The notes under the pieces: generated by a model | Database searches by the model: none | The model's input: the letters and a program-made list of their open reading frames with translations, nothing else | What the model was told of the DNA's origin: nothing | Position numbers and translations under genes: made by a program | Part shown: piece by piece, positions 7,490 through 17,643 of the stretch | Numbering within the stretch: position 1 is the stretch's first letter | How the letters are laid out: every line of letters begins with the position of its first letter | Source of the DNA: a virus | Lineage: Duplodnaviria > Caudoviricetes | Length of the DNA: 64,000 nucleotides | Virus record (IMG/VR): IMGVR_UViG_3300037882_001196 | Coordinates: 751 to 64,750 of that record | Direction: 5' to 3' (one strand)

Positions 7490-9757
7490 ATGCCAACAAA
7501 GAACGATGTCCCCAAGACTCTCCAACCCTACGCTTTCCACGGACTCGATGTCTCAAACATTTCTTCGGATGAAGCAATTACGGATTGCCCGTTCTGTGGA
7601 CGTGAAAACAAATTCAGCATCAACGTCGAATCAGGACTCTGGCGATGTCTCGTGTGTAATGAAGGAAGCAATACGGGGAAGAGTTTCAATGGGGGTAACA
7701 TCTATACGTTCATTCGCAAGTTGTGGTCACTCTCCTATGATGCAACAACGGGTTATGACGAGTTGACCAAGTTCCGTAAGCTACTCCAACCAGACACTCT
7801 TATCCGTTGGCAGGTAGCACGCAGCACACTAGGCTACGGCAATTGGGTAGTACCAGCCTACGGAGCGGATGGCAAACTGAATCAACTCTATCGTTACATC
7901 AAGGACTCCTCTTCAGGAAAATTTCGCCTGATGGCCACGAGTCAATTAGGTCATGCTTTATTCGGGGTGAACCTACTCAACAAGAATTGCCGCACGGTCT
8001 ACATCTGCGAAGGACCGTGGGATGCAATGGTGCTTTGGGAAGTTCTCTGCTGTGCGAAACCAGACGGCGATAATTATGAACGAACCGCGAATGAAGCCAA
8101 CGCATTGATTAGTAATTCAAGTGTCATCGCCTCTCCCGGTTGTAATGTGTTCGACCAGAAGTGGCTTGAACTCCTTGCGGGGAAGAAAGTTGTTATCTGT
8201 TTCGACAACGATCATCCGAAGATTCATCCAGCAACTAAGAATGTGATCGAACCTGCTGCGTGGCTTGGTGCAAAGCGTCTAGCCTCTATGCTTGCTTCTT
8301 ACGAATCACCACCAAAAGAGATTCACTACTTAGCTTGGGGTGGAGCTGGAAAGAACCACGACAGTAACTTGGTTAGTGGTTATGACCTACGCGATTATTT
8401 CTCTGAGGAAGATACGCTTGATGGGCGTGTTAGAGTCTTAGGTAAGTTGATGGAGCGAATCCTACCGATACCTACGGACTGGATTGGTGGACGAACAGTT
8501 CAAGCCAAGGAGACAGGCGGCACCGATCTAGATTGTAAAGAGTGTTCCAATTGGAAAATACTTGAGACCTCTTGGCGTAAGGCAATGAAGTGGACAGACG
8601 GCTTGAGCAGTGCCTTAGCAGTTATGTTGGCCTCAATCACTTCTACAAAAGCAGCAGGTGATCAACTATGGATTAAGGTCATCGGTCCTGCTGCTTGCGG
8701 CAAGAGTACGCTCTGTGAAGCCTTGTCGGTAAATAAGCGTTTCGTCTTAGCCAAGTCAACGATTCGTGGATTCCATAGTGGCTATCAAACCGACCGCGAA
8801 GGCAAAGAAGACAACAGCCTCATGGTATCTATTCAAGACAAAACACTTGTCACGAAGGATGGCGATACTCTTCTTCAATCCCCAAACCTTGGTCAAATTC
8901 TCTCCGAAGCACGCGACGTATATGACGGCACTTCACGAACTCACTACCGCAACAAGATGGGTAAAGACTATAACAATTTCCGCATGACTTGGATTCTCTG
9001 TGGTACGTCTTCACTTCGTAGTATTGATGCCTCTGAATTAGGCGAACGGTTCCTTGATTGCGTTATCATGGAGCGCATCGACGATGATCAAGAAGATGAG
9101 ATTCTGATTCGTGTAGCGAATAAGGCCAAGCGTGTGCTTGCCATCGAAGCAGATGGTACGATGAAGAGCCAACACGATGTTGAGATGGTAAATGCTATGC
9201 AACTGACGGGTGGTTATATTGCATACCTTCGCAGCAACGCCAATGACCTCCTCTCCGCAGTAGAGATGGACGAAGAGACGACGAAACGTATCATCCATCT
9301 TGGTAAATTTGTTGCCTACATGCGTGCCCGACCAAGTACACGACAAAGCGAAAATGCTGAGCGTGAATTTGCAGCACGCTTAGTTAGTCAATTAGTTCGT
9401 CTCTCCAACTGTCTTGCGGTTGTCATGAATTACCAAACGGTGTCAAAAGAAGTCATGGTAAAAGTGACGAAGGTGGCTTTAGACACAGCACGTGGAAAGA
9501 CTTTAGAGATTGCCCGAATTTTGCACGAATCAGGTACAATACATGAGGAGTGTGGAGTGTTGATTGATTCTCTAACGATTATACTCGGAGAGAAGACAAG
9601 CGACATGAAAGACCTACTGAAGTTCCTAATCCGTATTGGTGCGGTCGAAAGCTACCGCAAGAAGAACGTCGGCGTTCAGACCAAGCCAATCTATCGTCTC
9701 ACGGAACGTCTTTACAACCTCTACAGTGAGGTAATGGAGTTAAACAACGATGGCTAA
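7490..9757 (+). CDS. Zn-finger TOPRIM primase fused to AAA+ (MCM-like) helicase
   Basis: CPFC..CLVC, ICEGPWD, DND and YDLRD, then GPAACGKST Walker A, ERF and RLVSQLVRL. Confidence 0.75.
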   Translation: MPTKNDVPKTLQPYAFHGLDVSNISSDEAITDCPFCGRENKFSINVESGLWRCLVCNEGSNTGKSFNGGNIYTFIRKLWSLSYDATTGYDELTKFRKLLQPDTLIRWQVARSTLGYGNWVVPAYGADGKLNQLYRYIKDSSSGKFRLMATSQLGHALFGVNLLNKNCRTVYICEGPWDAMVLWEVLCCAKPDGDNYERTANEANALISNSSVIASPGCNVFDQKWLELLAGKKVVICFDNDHPKIHPATKNVIEPAAWLGAKRLASMLASYESPPKEIHYLAWGGAGKNHDSNLVSGYDLRDYFSEEDTLDGRVRVLGKLMERILPIPTDWIGGRTVQAKETGGTDLDCKECSNWKILETSWRKAMKWTDGLSSALAVMLASITSTKAAGDQLWIKVIGPAACGKSTLCEALSVNKRFVLAKSTIRGFHSGYQTDREGKEDNSLMVSIQDKTLVTKDGDTLLQSPNLGQILSEARDVYDGTSRTHYRNKMGKDYNNFRMTWILCGTSSLRSIDASELGERFLDCVIMERIDDDQEDEILIRVANKAKRVLAIEADGTMKSQHDVEMVNAMQLTGGYIAYLRSNANDLLSAVEMDEETTKRIIHLGKFVAYMRARPSTRQSENAEREFAARLVSQLVRLSNCLAVVMNYQTVSKEVMVKVTKVALDTARGKTLEIARILHESGTIHEECGVLIDSLTIILGEKTSDMKDLLKFLIRIGAVESYRKKNVGVQTKPIYRLTERLYNLYSEVMELNNDG

Positions 9758-10817
9758 AAATAAAACACCAAGACTAATCAATAGGACACAAAGTCTTATT
9801 GATATGGCACATAATACCCCCATCAAACGGATTTATCCAGAACCTAAAGTTGCTTGGCATAATGAGGGTATCTATCCGTACTGTCTAGACCGTGAACAGT
9901 TGAGTATAGAACATCATAAGAAACTGTTGGCATTGTTTGCACCACTATTAGATAGTTTGATCTCAGAACACACAACCAATCTAGTTCGCCTTATGGTCAA
10001 CTATGGCAGAGAATATGATATGGATTCAGCTGAATTTCGCCTTGCTTCATTTTTGATCCGTTATGGATTCAACTATGGCTTCTTTGTGAACTGCGTTATT
10101 GTTTCAAGAATTATGAATCAGCTAAGCGTAACTCTTGACGCAATGTTAAACACACAAAGATCGACAGTTAATGATGAAACCAAGACAGCCTATGAAGATA
10201 GCTACGCCCACAACCTAGTAACAACTATTGAGAAGACAAATAGAGGCTATCGAGAACCGAAGTTGGTAATGGAGCCAGTTGATTTTACCACAAGAGACTT
10301 ACTTGAGAATCTTTGTTCAATTTTCCAAGGTGACAATGAACAAGTCTTCAACAAAGAAGTAATTGAGTTGGTTGGTAAGTTGGCTGACGCTTACATGGAT
10401 GCGGATAAAGAAACAGAGGGGATGTTTTGGAAGTTCTTCTACAACCACCCTTATATCTTTCCAAAGCCATTCTACAATCGCAAAGAGTATAAGACAGGAC
10501 AAATACTATCTCCTTTACTCCCGTGGTTCAAAGCAGCATGTCCCCCCAATTATCCAGTTGGTTGGACAGTGTTTTCCGAAAACAAAGAAACCCAAACAGT
10601 CAAGTTTAGTAAGGCAGTCAAGAGAGACGTTGATGAAGGAAGGGGCACAAGTATGCTGCCGGTGAAGTGGGGTATCCAATTCGCAAAAGACTATCCAGCC
10701 CAACTGACGTTCTTCTCTCCCTCAACGACAACGGGACAATACGCGATTGCATTTGAAGTATTTCAGAAACTCTCTTATGAAGAGCAAGTAGAATGCGTGA
10801 ACTGGAATCCACTATGA
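9750..10817 (+). CDS. Hypothetical protein
   Basis: 355-aa ORF coupled to the primase. No motif recognised. Confidence 0.6.
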   Translation: MAKNKTPRLINRTQSLIDMAHNTPIKRIYPEPKVAWHNEGIYPYCLDREQLSIEHHKKLLALFAPLLDSLISEHTTNLVRLMVNYGREYDMDSAEFRLASFLIRYGFNYGFFVNCVIVSRIMNQLSVTLDAMLNTQRSTVNDETKTAYEDSYAHNLVTTIEKTNRGYREPKLVMEPVDFTTRDLLENLCSIFQGDNEQVFNKEVIELVGKLADAYMDADKETEGMFWKFFYNHPYIFPKPFYNRKEYKTGQILSPLLPWFKAACPPNYPVGWTVFSENKETQTVKFSKAVKRDVDEGRGTSMLPVKWGIQFAKDYPAQLTFFSPSTTTGQYAIAFEVFQKLSYEEQVECVNWNPL

Positions 10818-10901
10818 GTCACGAACCGACCGACCGACCAGAGGGAATGAAAGCAGAGTGCTCAGCCCGAAAGCTGGTAGGGACGGAGGGTAGTTTAATC
10901 T

Positions 10902-10991
10902 AATCCTAGTAGCCTATCTAACCGTAAATAATGGAGACAGACGGTAGAAGGGTTACTAGGATTCTAAATCACGTTAGGAAGGCTACTAGGA
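10902..10991. repeat. CTAG-armed imperfect palindrome plus extra half-site
   Basis: AATCCTAGTAGCCT...AGGGTTACTAGGATT, then CGTTAGGAAGGCTACTAGGA. Confidence 0.65.
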
Positions 10992-11050
10992 AGCCTAAAG
11001 GACTAAACTCGGAACAATATACGAACCAAGCAAGTCAAACGGTTTGACCT

Positions 11051-11470
11051 GTGTGGATAACTCGGAGTAACCACGTGGGTAAGAAGAAACGCAACAAAAG
11101 AGAAGAAAGAGGTCAATCGAGAGTCAAGATCAAGGTCCATACAAGGAAGGTGGTGATAAGGACAGAGAGCACTCTTGAGATTGAAATAAAGAAGCCCCAA
11201 GTAGTCAGCAAGAATCCAAGAGGGGGTAGAAAAGATCACCAGACTCCAATAATCAAAGAACCAAAGACAAAACAAGAACACCAGCTGTATAAGGAACTTC
11301 AACGACCAACCTGCTATATGCCGGGCACGGAAGAAAAGATCACCCTCCTATCACTAAGAAGACTCTATGGACTTCCTCTCTATGTCGATGGTGATATCAA
11401 GTGGGGAGACGAAGGAACTGAAGCAATTGCCTTTACAGAGACAGCAAACGAAAACCTATTTAGAGATTGA
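11051..11470 (+). CDS. Hypothetical protein with PTxxxPGxxEK...R...GxPL motif (start uncertain)
   Basis: PTCYMPGTEEKITLLSLRRLYGLPLYVDGD, a motif I associate with planctomycete proteins. Confidence 0.55.
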   Translation: MWITRSNHVGKKKRNKREERGQSRVKIKVHTRKVVIRTESTLEIEIKKPQVVSKNPRGGRKDHQTPIIKEPKTKQEHQLYKELQRPTCYMPGTEEKITLLSLRRLYGLPLYVDGDIKWGDEGTEAIAFTETANENLFRD

Positions 11471-11471
11471 T

Positions 11472-11816
11472 ATGAATTGGAAATATGGTGCATCAGCCTG
11501 TCTTGATGTAAGATTTAGATTAGACAACCCATACTTTCAAGTTTATATCTGTTGGGTAGAACATCGAAAAATTTGGGGAGGAGTAATAAGGGGGCTTGGT
11601 TTAGAAGAGGGTATCGCTTTTCAGTATGCCTCAAAATCCTTGAAGGAGGTTAAGAACAAGACAGAAGAGGAGTTGTTTCTTTACATCAACGGAATCAAAC
11701 ACCCAACCACTTGTATATACATTGATCCGACAACTTTGTGTAGTGAGTCTTTTGATTACAGCAAACACGGGGACAAAACAATAACGTTTGGGTTTACTAA
11801 TTCAACAGGAGATTGA
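11472..11816 (+). CDS. Hypothetical protein
   Basis: Starts within GAGATTGATATG. Confidence 0.55.
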   Translation: MNWKYGASACLDVRFRLDNPYFQVYICWVEHRKIWGGVIRGLGLEEGIAFQYASKSLKEVKNKTEEELFLYINGIKHPTTCIYIDPTTLCSESFDYSKHGDKTITFGFTNSTGD

Positions 11817-11817
11817 T

Positions 11818-12192
11818 ATGTGGGAAAGAGTAAGCACGAACAAGGGTGGTTATTTCCGTAAGGTAGTGGGAAACTATCGAGCGATCATCGACAAGGTAGA
11901 GGGTGGTTGGCGTGGGAGAATAATGACTACGCTTGTTGTGAAAGAAGCACCAAATATGACAAGTCAGGCGACGATAAGCCTATTTGCTCGTTACCATACC
12001 TCTATTACCAATACCAAAACGTTACTTGAAGAGCAACTACAGGCGTGGGTGTCTGGGAAGAAACTTGAGGAGTACCTTGCTCCAAAAGTATTATTTGTTA
12101 TTGAACCCCAGACTCTTAAGAGTGAATTTAGAGCATGGATGGAAGTGGATGAGGTTGGTATGACTAAGATTTATAATAAATTGGGATTGTGA
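11818..12192 (+). CDS. Hypothetical protein, probable paralog of upstream gene
   Basis: Same GAGATTGATATG start context. Shares WxGxI, EExL and IxPxTLxSE. Confidence 0.55.
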   Translation: MWERVSTNKGGYFRKVVGNYRAIIDKVEGGWRGRIMTTLVVKEAPNMTSQATISLFARYHTSITNTKTLLEEQLQAWVSGKKLEEYLAPKVLFVIEPQTLKSEFRAWMEVDEVGMTKIYNKLGL

Positions 12193-12222
12193 TTTTCCCC
12201 CTAAAGGGCTAAGGAGGCTAAG

Positions 12223-12891
12223 GTGCCTAAACCAAAAAGTACAAAACGTCAAAATACAAAACCTCAAAATACAAAACCTCAAAATACAAAACCCAAGATT
12301 GAGGTTTCCAACAACCAGTTGAGTGAATATCAACATCAACAAAACAAGGATAAGGTTGCTGAATTATACAGAAGGGGTTTAACAAGGAGGTATGTTGCGA
12401 AACAGTTGAATGTTAGTGAATCACAAGTTGCTAAATACTGGAAGGAGATTGTTGCTGAATACAGAGAAGACAGGGAAGATGATATTGAGAGTGCTGTATT
12501 CAAGAAGCTGGAGGAATATGGTGAGATCAAACGTGAGGCTTGGGAGGCTTGGGAGAAGAGCAAAGACCCTATTGAGAAGGAGTTGTATGAGACAGTAACA
12601 AGCGATTTTGGGGTGAAGACGCTTGCGAGAAGATATAAGGAAGGGAGACTACCCCATAGTGCTTATCTTGAGATCATCATGTCGTGTATCAAGGAGGAAC
12701 GGGTATTGCTTGGTTTGAATCCAGTCAAGAACGTCACTGGTAGTATGGCGATTGGAGGAGTCTCGTTTGACTGGGACTTGTTTGTACAAGAAGTTAATCG
12801 TCCGAATCTAAGGAACGAAGCGGAAGAGCGTATCTATGAAGGACTACCAAGAGTGGTCATCAATCCAGAACCCATCGAGGACAAGAAATGA
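12223..12891 (+). CDS. Terminase small subunit candidate (HTH)
   Basis: HTH (VAKQLNVSESQV) and position upstream of TerL. N-terminal QNTKP x3 repeat. Confidence 0.6.
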   Translation: MPKPKSTKRQNTKPQNTKPQNTKPKIEVSNNQLSEYQHQQNKDKVAELYRRGLTRRYVAKQLNVSESQVAKYWKEIVAEYREDREDDIESAVFKKLEEYGEIKREAWEAWEKSKDPIEKELYETVTSDFGVKTLARRYKEGRLPHSAYLEIIMSCIKEERVLLGLNPVKNVTGSMAIGGVSFDWDLFVQEVNRPNLRNEAEERIYEGLPRVVINPEPIEDKK

Positions 12892-13070
12892 ACAAAGACC
12901 TATTAGATGATAACGTGATACCTTGGTTCTGTTCCGGGGTGTTTCTCCTTATTCTCTGTATCACCATCTACCAAATACTTGAAACTTATTGGTCACACAA
13001 GAGGAGAATGAAAGAGATAGAGAAAGAACCAAAGAGTACAAAAGACGACGATGAAGATGATGAAGACTAG
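12888..13070 (+). CDS. Small single-TM membrane protein
   Basis: Hydrophobic helix with a charged tail. Coupled start. Confidence 0.5.
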   Translation: MNKDLLDDNVIPWFCSGVFLLILCITIYQILETYWSHKRRMKEIEKEPKSTKDDDEDDED

Positions 13071-13135
13071 ACTCAGCGTTCCTTTCCCCTCTATATAGTA
13101 GGCGTCTACTAGTAGAGGGAAGAGGCTAACGCGAA

Positions 13136-14761
13136 ATGAGTACCAGAGATATAGGTTCACTTCTCCGGACGATCGGGACCGACCCAATCAAATTCGGTAA
13201 GGCTTGTTGGCCTCACGTCACGTTCTACAAACAACAAATTGACATCATCGAATCAGTGCTGAATAATACGGAGACTTACGTCAAAGCAGGTAACATGCTT
13301 GGTAAGGACTTCGTGACTGCATTCATTGTGATCTACGCTTTCCTCTCTCGTAATCCTTGTCGCATCGTTACTACATCGGTCGATAGTGCCCAGCTTGAGG
13401 GTGTTCTCTGGGGGGAAATACGAAACTTCATCCAGACATCACGTATCCCTCTTGATTCGGAGAAGGGTGGACCCTTGATCTGTAATCACATGCACCTTCG
13501 CAAGCAGATCAATGGGAACGAAGATGGACTATCTTACGTGATCGGTCGTGTAGCGAAGAAGGGGGAAGGGTTACTAGGTCACCACATCGCAGAACATGGG
13601 GATGGTATCCCTAGAACATTCGCCATTGGGGATGAAGCATCAGGCCTAGATGATGAGGTTCATACACGCTGTACAACGTGGGCACGCAGACTCTTGTTCA
13701 TCGGGAATCCCTATCCATGCGAGAACTTCTTCAAGAAGATGTCCAAGGAAGGAGACTTGAAAGACCCAACACGTGATGGGATGTATTATCGTAAGGTGTT
13801 CAAGATCAAGGGGGAGGATTCACCAAACGTTCGTAGAGCACAGGCGGAACGTGAGGCTGGATTATCTCCTTCAGGGAAGATCGTCGTGCCCGGTGTTCTC
13901 CCTTATCCTGACTACGTGTATCGTCGTGCTACATGGGATGTTATTCGTCAGTGTGTTTCTCTCGATGCGGAGTTTTGGGAAGGTGCTGAGATTCTCTTAT
14001 TCCCTCCTCAATGGCTTGATAAAGCAGAACGTCGTGCACTAGGGTTGATGGGACAGAAGCGTGTCTGTAGAGCGATAGGAATAGATACAGCAGAAGGGGG
14101 GGACAATACTGCTTTCGTAGCAATCGACGAATATGGCATCATTGAGATCGTCTCGGAGAAGACACCTGATACCGATTCGATCTGCGGTAAAGCAATCGCG
14201 TTTATTCTCAAGCACGCTTGTCCTCATCAAAACGTCGCCATTGATAGAGGCGGGGGTGGTAAACAACTCGCAGATCGCCTACGCAAACAAGGCTTTGACG
14301 TTCGTACAGTAGCGTTCGGTGGTTCGGTTACTCCTGCTCCGAAGTTTGGGATGAAGCCAGTATCAGAGCGTGTTGATGACCAAGAGGAACGTTACGCCTA
14401 CGTCAATTGTCGAGCACAGATGTATGGTGAGTTAAGCCTATTGCTAGACGTTGGTGGATTCGGTAGTCACGAAGTCTGGTATATGATTCAGAAGCGTTTT
14501 GGCATACCTCTCTCGGAACTTACTCAAGGCTTCAGCATTCCTGCGAGAGAACACCTACGACACCAAATGGCCCCAATCCCTAGGTGGTATGACGGGGAAG
14601 GGCGTCTACGCTTACCTAGCAAAAACAAGAAGAGCAAGGACAGCAAAGAGAAGACACTAACAGAGATGATTGGTCATTCGCCTGACGAACTCGATGCTTT
14701 AGTTCTTGCTGTTCATGCAATGCTTCATCGAAGCACAAAAGTAATCGCCACAAGTTCTTGA
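13136..14761 (+). CDS. terL: Terminase large subunit
   Basis: AGNMLGKD Walker A-like, GDEASG Walker B, IGNP, GIDTAEGGD nuclease motif and SPDELDAL. Confidence 0.92.
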   Translation: MSTRDIGSLLRTIGTDPIKFGKACWPHVTFYKQQIDIIESVLNNTETYVKAGNMLGKDFVTAFIVIYAFLSRNPCRIVTTSVDSAQLEGVLWGEIRNFIQTSRIPLDSEKGGPLICNHMHLRKQINGNEDGLSYVIGRVAKKGEGLLGHHIAEHGDGIPRTFAIGDEASGLDDEVHTRCTTWARRLLFIGNPYPCENFFKKMSKEGDLKDPTRDGMYYRKVFKIKGEDSPNVRRAQAEREAGLSPSGKIVVPGVLPYPDYVYRRATWDVIRQCVSLDAEFWEGAEILLFPPQWLDKAERRALGLMGQKRVCRAIGIDTAEGGDNTAFVAIDEYGIIEIVSEKTPDTDSICGKAIAFILKHACPHQNVAIDRGGGGKQLADRLRKQGFDVRTVAFGGSVTPAPKFGMKPVSERVDDQEERYAYVNCRAQMYGELSLLLDVGGFGSHEVWYMIQKRFGIPLSELTQGFSIPAREHLRHQMAPIPRWYDGEGRLRLPSKNKKSKDSKEKTLTEMIGHSPDELDALVLAVHAMLHRSTKVIATSS

Positions 14762-14782
14762 TAGATAATCCAACAAGGAGAG

Positions 14783-16627
14783 ATGATGCAAAACGGTATT
14801 AGCTTGGTTCCTGATAACTACGATGATGAGACAGGAGAAGCACCGATGAACTTCAACCCAATTCAGCAGATCGGTAACTTGATCTTCAACGAGATGATGA
14901 CCCGTTCCGATCTGTACCGCAGGCTATCAGGAGACGGGAGACGAAACCTCAATCGTGAATGCCACTATCCTGACGTGATTCGTCCGCAAGACTACCAGAA
15001 CCGATTCGACCGTAATGGTGTTGCGGCACGTGCGGTAAAGTTTGAGCCTCTTGAGTCTTGGAAAAGTCAACCAGAGATTTATGAGGATGAGGATGAGGAC
15101 AATGAGACACCATTTGAGACAGCTTGGAAGGAACTTGACAACAGTCTAGGAAACTCAGGACTTAAGAACTATCTCAAAGACCCTGATGGTAAGATGTCAC
15201 CCATCTGGCACTTCCTACGTAAGGTTGATATTCGTTCGCGCATTGGTTCGTATGGCGTCTTGCTCTATGGACTAAACGACAACGCTGATTACTCTCTCCC
15301 GGTCGATGGAGTAGAGGAACTAAACAGCGAACCTGTTGATATATACCCAGATCGTTACACGGGTACAGATAAGGACAAGAAACGAACGAAGATTACAAGC
15401 GGAGACAACATACCAGAGGACACGAAGCCAGTCAAGAACAGCTTCAAGCAACGAATCGAGTTTGTTGTTAACTCGATGCCCAAGACAGGAGATGGTGTTT
15501 ATGTTCTGAACGTCGATACAAAGAAACTCAAGTCTGGTAAGAAGCTGCTCTACCTTCGTGCCTTCTCCGAGACACAAGCTCAGATCGTTCGTTGGGAAAG
15601 TAACCCCACGTCACCACGATACGGAATGCCAGTGATGTATTTGATCACGATGAATGATCCATCAAAGGTTAACCAATACTCAGGCGTTGGTATGGATAAG
15701 AGCAGTATGTACGTTCACTGGACACGAGTGGAACATATTGCCGAGACGCTTGATTCGGACAACGAAGCACTAGCAGTCCCAGTACTCCAAGACATTTACA
15801 ATTACTGCCTCAACATCGAGAAGATCAATGGAGCATCAGGCGAAGGTTACTGGAAGGGTGCCTTTCATATTCTCGCTGCAGAGACAAACCCACAACTGGG
15901 GGGTGATGTAGAAGTTGATGAGGCAGCAGTGAAGAGAAGCCTTCAAAACGTTGAGGATGGTTTACAACGTAGTCTCTTGATGAAGGCGATGACGCTCAAG
16001 TCAGTTGCCCCCACGGTTACCGATCCGACTCCTCATATCGACAATAATGTCAAGTTGATCTGTATTACGAAGGGGTGGCCAAAACGAATCTTTGAGGGCA
16101 GCGAACGAGGGGAACTTGCTTCAAGCCAAGATGAACAAGCCCACTTGGAACGTATGGAGAATCGCCAAATGTACCATATTGCTCCAAACATCATCGCTCC
16201 TTTCGTGAATCGCTGTATTGCGTTCGGACTCCTACCTGAGCCAAAGGATGGGTACCAAATTGCTTGGGCACCTCTCCGTAAAGAAACACCTCAGATGCGT
16301 GCACAACGCTTCTTGACGAAAGTACAGGCCTACGGAGCAGCAATGGCTCAGGGGTTAACTCAGTGGTTCACGGAAAAAGACATCATGACGAAACTGGATG
16401 GAGACTTCACGAACAAAGAAGCAGACGCGATTATCGAAGCAGCTACCGAAGCTCAAGAGGAAGCGATGAACGAACAGCTTGCGCAAGAACAAGCACGTAT
16501 GCAACAGATGTCCGATGCAGAGTATGTCGATCAAGAGGACGTAGATGTAGGCCTTACACCAGACGACGTAGGACAGGCTCAACAACTATCTCCTCCAGAA
16601 GAAGAACCGGCGGGAGGGGTTAAGTAA
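14783..16627 (+). CDS. Portal protein (DUF1073-like)
   Basis: Follows TerL. SPRYGMP..Y, VHWTRVEH and PKRIFEGSERGELASSQD. Confidence 0.85.
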   Translation: MMQNGISLVPDNYDDETGEAPMNFNPIQQIGNLIFNEMMTRSDLYRRLSGDGRRNLNRECHYPDVIRPQDYQNRFDRNGVAARAVKFEPLESWKSQPEIYEDEDEDNETPFETAWKELDNSLGNSGLKNYLKDPDGKMSPIWHFLRKVDIRSRIGSYGVLLYGLNDNADYSLPVDGVEELNSEPVDIYPDRYTGTDKDKKRTKITSGDNIPEDTKPVKNSFKQRIEFVVNSMPKTGDGVYVLNVDTKKLKSGKKLLYLRAFSETQAQIVRWESNPTSPRYGMPVMYLITMNDPSKVNQYSGVGMDKSSMYVHWTRVEHIAETLDSDNEALAVPVLQDIYNYCLNIEKINGASGEGYWKGAFHILAAETNPQLGGDVEVDEAAVKRSLQNVEDGLQRSLLMKAMTLKSVAPTVTDPTPHIDNNVKLICITKGWPKRIFEGSERGELASSQDEQAHLERMENRQMYHIAPNIIAPFVNRCIAFGLLPEPKDGYQIAWAPLRKETPQMRAQRFLTKVQAYGAAMAQGLTQWFTEKDIMTKLDGDFTNKEADAIIEAATEAQEEAMNEQLAQEQARMQQMSDAEYVDQEDVDVGLTPDDVGQAQQLSPPEEEPAGGVK

Positions 16628-17643
16628 TGAAAACCAAACCTACGTTACGTCCAACGCTGATTGATCCAACGAGAACGACGTTGATGCGGAAGAACTTCTG
16701 TATGAAGATTCGCGTCATGTTCGCTCGTTTAGCGAAAGAGTTGGATGAGTTGATCGTGAAAGAAGATGTGTTTGGGTTAATCCAATCGACCGGGAAAGAC
16801 CCATTCACGAACAACACCCGTTGGAAGTTCAATACTAACCAACAGAAGATCAAAGCCTTTCAAGCGTGGTTGAAGACAGCGTTTGCAAAGCATTTGAAGA
16901 ACCGGACGATTGACCAATTATGGGAAGCATACATTCTTGATGGTTGGCGTAAAGGAGCAGGGAGGGCGTTCGATGACACCAAAGCAGGAGAGAAGAGTGC
17001 GCCAGCTTCATCGCCAGCTGAATCCCTTAAGCAACTGGGATTCTATCAAGGCACTCGTGCGGAGTTTCTTAATTCGTCGTTCAATGCGCCAGAGGCAGTA
17101 GACAAGGTAAAGCTGTTAGCTGGGCGAACCTTCGATGACCTTGAGGGGGTTACGGCAGCGATGAGTGTCAAGATGAGTCGGTTACTTACAGATGGGTTAG
17201 TTCAAGGTAAGGGGCCACGAGAGATAGCCAACTGGCTTCATAAGGAGATAGGGATTGGTTCGTATCGTGCCCAGACGATAGCAAGGACGGAGTTGATTCG
17301 TGCCCACGCTGAAGGACAGCTAATGGCGTTTCAGAAACTCGGAGTAGAACAGGTGGGGGCAGCAGTCGAGTGGAGTACTGCAGGCGATAATCGTGTCTGC
17401 CCTTTATGTAGACCTCTTCAGGGTATAGTATTACGAACGGAAGAGGCTACGGGGATGATACCACGACATCCGAATTGTCGTTGTAGTTGGATTCCAGCGA
17501 ACGTCGGCGAATCGGTTCCGAGTAAACTGAACACCACAAAACGAATCAACAAAGCGATTGGAAAGAGTACCAAACTTGGTGGTGACGATTTTGGTCCAGC
17601 CAAGCCTATAAGTAAGCAACGACCAAAAGGAATCTTCGGATGA
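16627..17643 (+). CDS. MuF / SPP1 gp7-like head morphogenesis protein
   Basis: DPTRT, RAQTIARTE, WSTAGDNRVCPLC and PRHPNCRC. Confidence 0.92.
   Translation: MKTKPTLRPTLIDPTRTTLMRKNFCMKIRVMFARLAKELDELIVKEDVFGLIQSTGKDPFTNNTRWKFNTNQQKIKAFQAWLKTAFAKHLKNRTIDQLWEAYILDGWRKGAGRAFDDTKAGEKSAPASSPAESLKQLGFYQGTRAEFLNSSFNAPEAVDKVKLLAGRTFDDLEGVTAAMSVKMSRLLTDGLVQGKGPREIANWLHKEIGIGSYRAQTIARTELIRAHAEGQLMAFQKLGVEQVGAAVEWSTAGDNRVCPLCRPLQGIVLRTEEATGMIPRHPNCRCSWIPANVGESVPSKLNTTKRINKAIGKSTKLGGDDFGPAKPISKQRPKGIFG

Noticed and set aside
10822-10862. GACC repeats and a TGAAAGCAG..AGTGC resemblance to the inter-tRNA RNA
   Set aside because: Match is too short to distinguish from chance.
12250-12293. 15-bp tandem repeat x3
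   Set aside because: In-frame QNTKP coding repeat without spacers, so not CRISPR.
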